Source: Longimicrobiales bacterium (GTDB lineage: Bacteria; Gemmatimonadota; Gemmatimonadetes; Longimicrobiales; RSA9). Taken from it: 64,000 bases of DNA. The stretch is from positions 5,622-69,621 of the forward strand of contig DASVDH010000062.1 in assembly GCA_036381195.1 (NCBI GenBank), written 5' to 3'. The notes below the pieces were generated by a model. It ran no database searches, was not told where the DNA came from, and worked only from the letters and a program-made list of their open reading frames with translations. Made by a program: the position numbers and the translations under genes. This document shows positions 58,607 through 64,000 of the stretch, in pieces. How positions within the stretch are numbered: the stretch's first letter is position 1; each line of letters starts with the position of its first letter.

Positions 58607-58847
58607 GCGGCACCCGTCTGTCTTTCGCGGCACCGGCCTCCCCCAGGGCACCCGCCTCCCACCCCATGGCGCGGCCGGCCCAACCACGCCGCTGATGCCC
58701 GTTGCGGGACTCCGGGCCATCGCCTCCCCGGTGTCCTGCCGGATCCGCGGCGCCCCGCCGGGACCGCCGGGCGCCGCACCTGGCGCGAAGCCGCCCGACT
58801 CGCCAGAATGGGCGTCCGTCCCATCATCCATCGCGTGAGGAGCCCCG

Positions 58848-59933
58848 ATGCCGGTGCCCAGGACGACGTCGCTCTCGCCTCGCCCGCGTGCGGCCGCCGC
58901 GTTCCTCGCGGCCGCGCTTGCCACGGGTTGCGCCGCGCGCAGCCCGGCGCCCGCCGTGCCGGCGCCGCCCATCGTGCCGCATTCCGCCTGGGAGGCGCAC
59001 CCGCCGCTCGGCTACCCGGCCGACGCCACGCGGCGCAACCTGCGGCCGGGCGACCGCCTCGAGTTCCGCGATCTCGTCCTCGAGGTGATCGCGGCCACGG
59101 TCGACTCGACCACGGCGGCTGCGCCGCCGACGGAGGCGGCCACGGCGGCGGACCGCGCGCCCGCCTCGCCGCCCGGCGACGTCGTCCTGCTCCGGCTCGA
59201 GCGCGGCGCCGCGCGAGAGGAGCGCCGGGCGCGCGAGGGCGCCGCGTTCGCGTGGCAGGGCTACCGCATCGCCGTGGTGGCGATCCACGGGCCGGGCGAG
59301 CTGGGCGCCGGCCTGGTCGCGCTCGAGGTCGCGACGCTGGCCTCACTGCCTCCCGAAGTCGCCGGGGCGGACAGCGCGGGCGGCGCCGCGCTGCGGCTGC
59401 GCGTGCCGCACGAGATCACGCACATCACCCTGCACCACACGGGCAGCCGGGAGCCGCTCCGGCCGGAGGACGACCCGGCGGAGAAGCTGCGCGGGCTGCA
59501 GGTGTGGGGCGCGCGCGACCGCAACTGGTGGGACGTGCCCTACCACATGCTGATCGACCTCGATGGCCGGATCTACGAGGGCCGCGATTGGCACTACATG
59601 GGCGAGACGAACACCACGTACGACCCGCGCGGCCATTTCCTGATCAGCGTCATCGGCAACTACGGGCGCCAGGAGCCGACCCCTGCGCAGATCGAGGCGA
59701 TCGCGGACCTGATGGCCTGGGCCGTAGACCGCTTCGGCGTGCCGCTGGAGCGCATCGGCGGACACTACGACTACGCGGACACGACATGCCCGGGCAAGCA
59801 CCTGCGCCGCTACCTCGAGGACGGCACGCTGCGGCGCATGGTGGAGGAGCGGCTGGCGCGGCGCGGCCCCGCAGCACCCGCGCAGGACTCCGCAGCGGCT
59901 CGGCGCCCAACAACCGGGAGAACAGGATCATGA
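58848..59933 (+). CDS. N-acetylmuramoyl-L-alanine amidase (Amidase_2/PGRP-like) lipoprotein
   Basis: Lipobox ATGC, HITLHHT, WWDVPYH, GRIYEGR and GHYD..TTCPG (Zn ligands present). Confidence 0.88.
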   Translation: MPVPRTTSLSPRPRAAAAFLAAALATGCAARSPAPAVPAPPIVPHSAWEAHPPLGYPADATRRNLRPGDRLEFRDLVLEVIAATVDSTTAAAPPTEAATAADRAPASPPGDVVLLRLERGAAREERRAREGAAFAWQGYRIAVVAIHGPGELGAGLVALEVATLASLPPEVAGADSAGGAALRLRVPHEITHITLHHTGSREPLRPEDDPAEKLRGLQVWGARDRNWWDVPYHMLIDLDGRIYEGRDWHYMGETNTTYDPRGHFLISVIGNYGRQEPTPAQIEAIADLMAWAVDRFGVPLERIGGHYDYADTTCPGKHLRRYLEDGTLRRMVEERLARRGPAAPAQDSAAARRPTTGRTGS

Positions 59934-61552
59934 CGATGGAGTCGTGTTCGCAGGTGACAGCCGACGCGCGGGCGACGCGCCCACGGCTCGCGCAGGCTGC
60001 GGCCATCGGCGCGGCGACCGCGCTGCTCGCGGCCGGCTGCGCGGGCGGCGCTCGCGCGCCGGAGCCGCCCGGCGCTGCAGGCGGGCCGCCGGCGGTCGCG
60101 CGCGAGTTCCGCGGCGTCTGGGTCGCGACCGTGAGCAACATCGACTGGCCGTCCGCGCGGGGGCTGCCGGTGGACAGCCAGAAGGCGGAGCTGCTCGCGA
60201 TCATCGACCGCGCGGCGGAGCTGAAGCTCAATGCCGTGATCTTCCAGGTCCGCACGGCCGCGGACGCGCTGTACCCGTCCGCGCTCGAGCCCTGGTCCGA
60301 GTACCTGACGGGCACGCAGGGGCAGGCGCCCGAGCCGCTCTGGGACCCGCTCGCCTTCGCCGTCGAAGCCGCGCACGCGCGCGGCCTCGAGCTGCACGCG
60401 TGGTTCAACCCGTACCGCGCGCGGCATCCATCCGCGCGCTCGCCCGCCTCGGCCGACCACATCAGCGTGACGCGGCCGGACATCGTGCGGCGCTACGGCA
60501 GGCACCTGTGGATGGACCCGGGCGAGCCGGACGTGCAGGACCACACGGTCGCCGTGATGCTGGACGTGGTGCGCCGCTACGACGTGGACGGCATCCACAT
60601 CGACGACTACTTCTACCCCTACCGCGAGCGGGACTCGACGGGCAAGGTGATCGACTTCCCGGACGAGCCGAGCTGGAACCGCTACGCCGCCTCCGGCGGC
60701 AAGCTCTCGCGCGACGCGTGGCGGCGACAGAACGTGGACCGGTTGATCGAGCGGCTGTACCGCGAGATCCACCGGGTGAAGCCGTGGGTGAAGTTCGGCG
60801 TGAGCCCCATCGGCATCTGGCGGCCGGGGCACCCGCCGACGCCGGAGGCGTGCTGCTTCGATGCCTACCAGCAGATCTACGCCGACTCGCGCAAGTGGCT
60901 CGCCGAGGGCTGGGTGGACTACTTCGTCCCGCAGCTCTACCGGCCCATGGCGGACACGCTCATGAACTACGGCGTGATGCTCGGGTGGTGGGCCGAGCAG
61001 AACCTCCGTGGCCGGCACCTGTACGTGGGCATGATCCCGAGCCGGGTGCGCACCGAGCGCCGGCCGGACGGCTGGCCGCCCGAGGAGATCGTGGGCCAGA
61101 TCTACGTCGCGCGCGGCCATCCCGGCGTGCTCGGCCACGTGCACTTCAGCGCCCGCGCGCTCATGCGCGACAGCCTCGCCCAGCGACTCGCCCGGACCGT
61201 GTATCGCTACCCGGCGCTCGTGCCGCCCTCACCCTGGCTGGAAGGTCGGAAGCCGGCCGCGCCGCACGCGACGCTGGCCGCCGCGCCCGGAAACGACGGC
61301 GCGACCCTCTCGCTCGCCCCGGGCGGCGGCGAGCTGCCGCGGCTCTGGGTCGTGCGCGCACGCTACGGCAACCGCTGGACGGTGGACGTGGTCCCCGCTA
61401 CGCGGAGCCAGGTAGAGCTCGACGGCCCCGCGCCGCTCACGGAGGTCGTCGTCTCCGCCGTCAGCCGCACCGGCGACGAAGGGCCGGCGGTCACGCTGCG
61501 GCCGGCCGCCGCTGTGACGGAGGACGCGGCGGAGAGCGCGGAGCGGCTGTAG
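59930..61552 (+). CDS. GHL10/DUF187 glycosyl hydrolase lipoprotein (YddW/DigH-like)
   Basis: REFRGVWVATVSNIDWPS, ELHAWFNPYR, YDVDGIHIDDYFYPY and FGVSP, with lipobox AAGC and ATGA overlap. Confidence 0.9.
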   Translation: MTMESCSQVTADARATRPRLAQAAAIGAATALLAAGCAGGARAPEPPGAAGGPPAVAREFRGVWVATVSNIDWPSARGLPVDSQKAELLAIIDRAAELKLNAVIFQVRTAADALYPSALEPWSEYLTGTQGQAPEPLWDPLAFAVEAAHARGLELHAWFNPYRARHPSARSPASADHISVTRPDIVRRYGRHLWMDPGEPDVQDHTVAVMLDVVRRYDVDGIHIDDYFYPYRERDSTGKVIDFPDEPSWNRYAASGGKLSRDAWRRQNVDRLIERLYREIHRVKPWVKFGVSPIGIWRPGHPPTPEACCFDAYQQIYADSRKWLAEGWVDYFVPQLYRPMADTLMNYGVMLGWWAEQNLRGRHLYVGMIPSRVRTERRPDGWPPEEIVGQIYVARGHPGVLGHVHFSARALMRDSLAQRLARTVYRYPALVPPSPWLEGRKPAAPHATLAAAPGNDGATLSLAPGGGELPRLWVVRARYGNRWTVDVVPATRSQVELDGPAPLTEVVVSAVSRTGDEGPAVTLRPAAAVTEDAAESAERL

Positions 61553-61584
61553 GACCAGCGGCTGAGCCGGACGCCCCGTCCGGC

Positions 61585-62970
61585 TCAGCCCTCCCCTCCC
61601 TTCCGGATCCCCAGCCGCCGCATGATCTTGAGCAGACTCGCGTGGTCGGCGAGCCCCAGGGCTTCCGCCGTTCGCGTGATGTGCCAGTCGTGCGCGTGCA
61701 GCGCCTCGAGCACGATCGTGCGCTCCGCCTCCGCCTTGCGTTCCTGGTAGGTGCGCGGCGGCCGGTCCGCGGCGATCGCTGCCCCACCCGGCTGCGCCGC
61801 CGCACCGACCAGGACGTCCGCGGGCACGTCGTCGACCTCGATCACCTCACCATCCGACGCGATCAGCATGCGCTCGACCGCGTTGCGCAGCTCCCGCACG
61901 TTGTTCTTCCGCCAGTCGTAGCGGCAGAGCGCTGCGAGCGCCTCCGGCGAGACGCGCTTCCTGCGCATGCCGAAGCGCGCGCAGAGCTGCGCGAGGAAGT
62001 GCTCGACCAGCTCCGGCACGTCCGAGAGCCGCTCCGCGAGCGGCGGCACGCGGATGACGTGCACGTTGAGCCGGTAGAGTAGGTCCTTGCGGAACGCGCC
62101 TTCCTCGACCGCGCGCTCGAGGTCGCGGTGCGTCGCGGCGACGACGCGCGCCTCCACCGCCACGGTGCGGTCGCCGCCCACGCGCGTGACCTCGCGGTTC
62201 TCGAGCGCGCGCAGCAGCTTGGCCTGCGCGGCGAGCGGCAGGTCACCGACCTCGTCCAGGAACAGCGTGCCGCGGCCCGCGCGCTCGAACGCGCCCTTCC
62301 TCTGCCGGTCCGCTCCCGTGAACGCGCCACGCTCGTGGCCGAACAGCTCGCTCTCGACCAGGTTCTCCGGCAAGGCCGCGCAGTTCAGCGCGACGAACGG
62401 CTGCTTCGGCTCCGCGCCCAGCGTGTGCAGGTCCCGCGCGACCAGCTCCTTGCCCGAGCCGCTCTCGCCCAGGACCAGCACCGGGCTGGGGATCGGCGCC
62501 AGCCGGCGGATCTCCTCGCGCAACCGCTGCATGGCCGGGCTCGAGCCGACGAGCGACGTCTCCGCGTCCAGCCGCGCGCGCAGCGCCTTCACCTCGCCGA
62601 CGAGCCGGCCTCGCTCCAGCGCGTTCCGCACTTCCTGCACGACGCGCTGCATCGGCTCCGCCTTGTCGATGAACGCGAACGCGCCGAGCCGCACCGCGCG
62701 CACGCAGCGGTCGAAGTCGCCCGTGCCGGTGTAGACGATGACCGGCGTGTCCAGCCCCAGCTCCTGCATCCGGCGCAGTACCTCGAAGCCGTCCATGCCC
62801 GGCATCTCGAGGTCCAAGATCACGCAGTCCAGCTCCTCGTCGCGCAACGCCTCGAGCGCCTCCGGGCCGGACGTGGCAATGCGTACGCGCCAGCCGCCCA
62901 GCCGCTGGAGGTCGTAGGCGTACTGATCGGCCATGGCCGCGACGTCATCGACGACGAGGATGCGGGTCAC
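61585..62970 (-). CDS. Sigma54-dependent response regulator (NtrC family)
   Basis: REC domain (ILVVDD, LDLEMPG), GESGSGKE, ESELFGHERGAFTGA, LFLDEVGD, NVRELRN and a C-terminal HTH. GTG start at 62970. Confidence 0.95.
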   Translation of the reverse strand: MTRILVVDDVAAMADQYAYDLQRLGGWRVRIATSGPEALEALRDEELDCVILDLEMPGMDGFEVLRRMQELGLDTPVIVYTGTGDFDRCVRAVRLGAFAFIDKAEPMQRVVQEVRNALERGRLVGEVKALRARLDAETSLVGSSPAMQRLREEIRRLAPIPSPVLVLGESGSGKELVARDLHTLGAEPKQPFVALNCAALPENLVESELFGHERGAFTGADRQRKGAFERAGRGTLFLDEVGDLPLAAQAKLLRALENREVTRVGGDRTVAVEARVVAATHRDLERAVEEGAFRKDLLYRLNVHVIRVPPLAERLSDVPELVEHFLAQLCARFGMRRKRVSPEALAALCRYDWRKNNVRELRNAVERMLIASDGEVIEVDDVPADVLVGAAAQPGGAAIAADRPPRTYQERKAEAERTIVLEALHAHDWHITRTAEALGLADHASLLKIMRRLGIRKGGEG

Positions 62971-63127
62971 GTGGGGTCTCCGGCGGGCTGCGGGATCGCT
63001 GCTCGAACGCGCCCGGCGTGCGCGCATCGCCGGGCGCATGGAGGTACTCGGCGGCTCCGCCGCGCGTTCCCCGGCGAGCGCGCCGGGACACGCCTGGCGC
63101 GCGCAGTCTCCGCCCAGCGAAGGCCCC

Positions 63128-64000
63128 CTACGGTACCACGCGAACGAGCCCCACCCTGCGGTCCAGCCCGTTCTCGGTCTTGCCGACCACGAGGATCTTG
63201 CCGTCCGGCTGGATCACGACGTCGCTGGCCTGGTCGAAGTCCGCGAAGAAGTCGACGGTGAGCACGCCGTTGGTGCCGAAGCTCGTGTCGAGCGTGCCGT
63301 CGTCGCTCAGTCGGATCACGCCGAAGTCGCCGCTCGTGGCGCCGACGATGATGATCCGGCCGGCGGCGTCCACCGCGATGCCGTTGGCCTTCGAGAGCGT
63401 GGGGGTGAGGAGCAGCCCGCCGGCCCCGAAGCCGGCATCCGGCGCGCCGTTCGCGTCGTAGCGCGCGACGAACGCGCTCGAGTCGGAGTGGCCGGAGACG
63501 AGGACCCTACCGCTCGCGTCCAGCGCGAGCTCGACGGCCCAATCGAACGCGCCGGTCTGCGGCCACACGATGCCCTCGTTGTCGAACGTCGAGTCCGGGA
63601 CGCCGGTCGCGAGCAGGCGCACGATGCCGATGTCCGGGTCCGAGCCGCCGGACTCGGCCGCCCGCCCGGTGACGACGGTCCGGCCGTCCGGCAGCAGCGC
63701 GCCCGCGTGCGCGCCATCCGACCGGCCCGCAATGTCGATGGTCACCGTGCCGTCCCCGCCGAACGTCGGGTCGAGGACGCCCGCGCTCGTGAGGCGCGCG
63801 ATCGCGAAATCGGCGTCGGCCGTCACGGAGTGCGCCGCGCCGACGAGGATGATCGAGCCGTCCGGCTGGATCAGGATGTCGTCGGCCCCGTCCAGCCGTC
63901 CGTCGAAGTCGGCGAACGCCACGCCGTTGCTGCCGAAGCTGGCGTCGAGCGTGCCGTCGGCGTTCAGGCGCGCCACGCCGAAATCGTCGTTGGCCGGGAG
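63128..64000 (-). CDS. Delta-60 repeat protein (5' end outside the window)
   Basis: Repeated ARLxxDGxLDxxFGxxG and IQPDGKI motifs. Confidence 0.85.
   Translation of the reverse strand, partial: LPANDDFGVARLNADGTLDASFGSNGVAFADFDGRLDGADDILIQPDGSIILVGAAHSVTADADFAIARLTSAGVLDPTFGGDGTVTIDIAGRSDGAHAGALLPDGRTVVTGRAAESGGSDPDIGIVRLLATGVPDSTFDNEGIVWPQTGAFDWAVELALDASGRVLVSGHSDSSAFVARYDANGAPDAGFGAGGLLLTPTLSKANGIAVDAAGRIIIVGATSGDFGVIRLSDDGTLDTSFGTNGVLTVDFFADFDQASDVVIQPDGKILVVGKTENGLDRRVGLVRVVP

Overview
Very GC-rich bacterial chromosome segment (roughly 70-75% GC by eye). The mix of SusC/SusD, Oar-type TonB-dependent receptors, a PorV-family barrel with a T9SS-like CTD cargo, an ADOP-type permease remnant and strong GGAGG ribosome-binding sites suggests an FCB-group, probably Gemmatimonadota, organism (inference). 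I can support about 40 genes; most of the long ORFs in the supplied track are GC-driven shadow frames. From left to right: (1) a LacI-controlled minus-strand glycan locus (GH3, TBDR, GH144-like beta-1,2-glucanase, sulfatase, FGE, SSS symporter, PHP hydrolase); (2) a plus-strand block with a FliA/WhiG-like sigma factor fused to a catalytically degenerate HNH/His-Me domain, a tandem non-coding motif, an RskA-like-domain lipoprotein and a tandem PAP2/vanadium-haloperoxidase lipoprotein; (3) SusC/SusD, M14 peptidase, TonB, a broken ABC permease, a PD40-amidohydrolase, slipin/GntR and a TPR lipoprotein; (4) a five-gene envelope operon (TBDR, 1405-aa CTD-bearing protein, PorV-like, OMP, lipoprotein); (5) GH65, USP, beta-PGM and a membrane pyrophosphatase; (6) cupin, ArsR-SRPBCC, DUF305-LVIVD, amidase-GHL10, an NtrC-type regulator and a partial delta-60 repeat protein. 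I saw no CRISPR array, rRNA, tRNA or transposase. The two best candidates for an undescribed system are the sigma-dead-HNH fusion locus and the TBDR/T9SS-cargo/PorV operon. All calls come from reading motifs by eye; no database searches were run.
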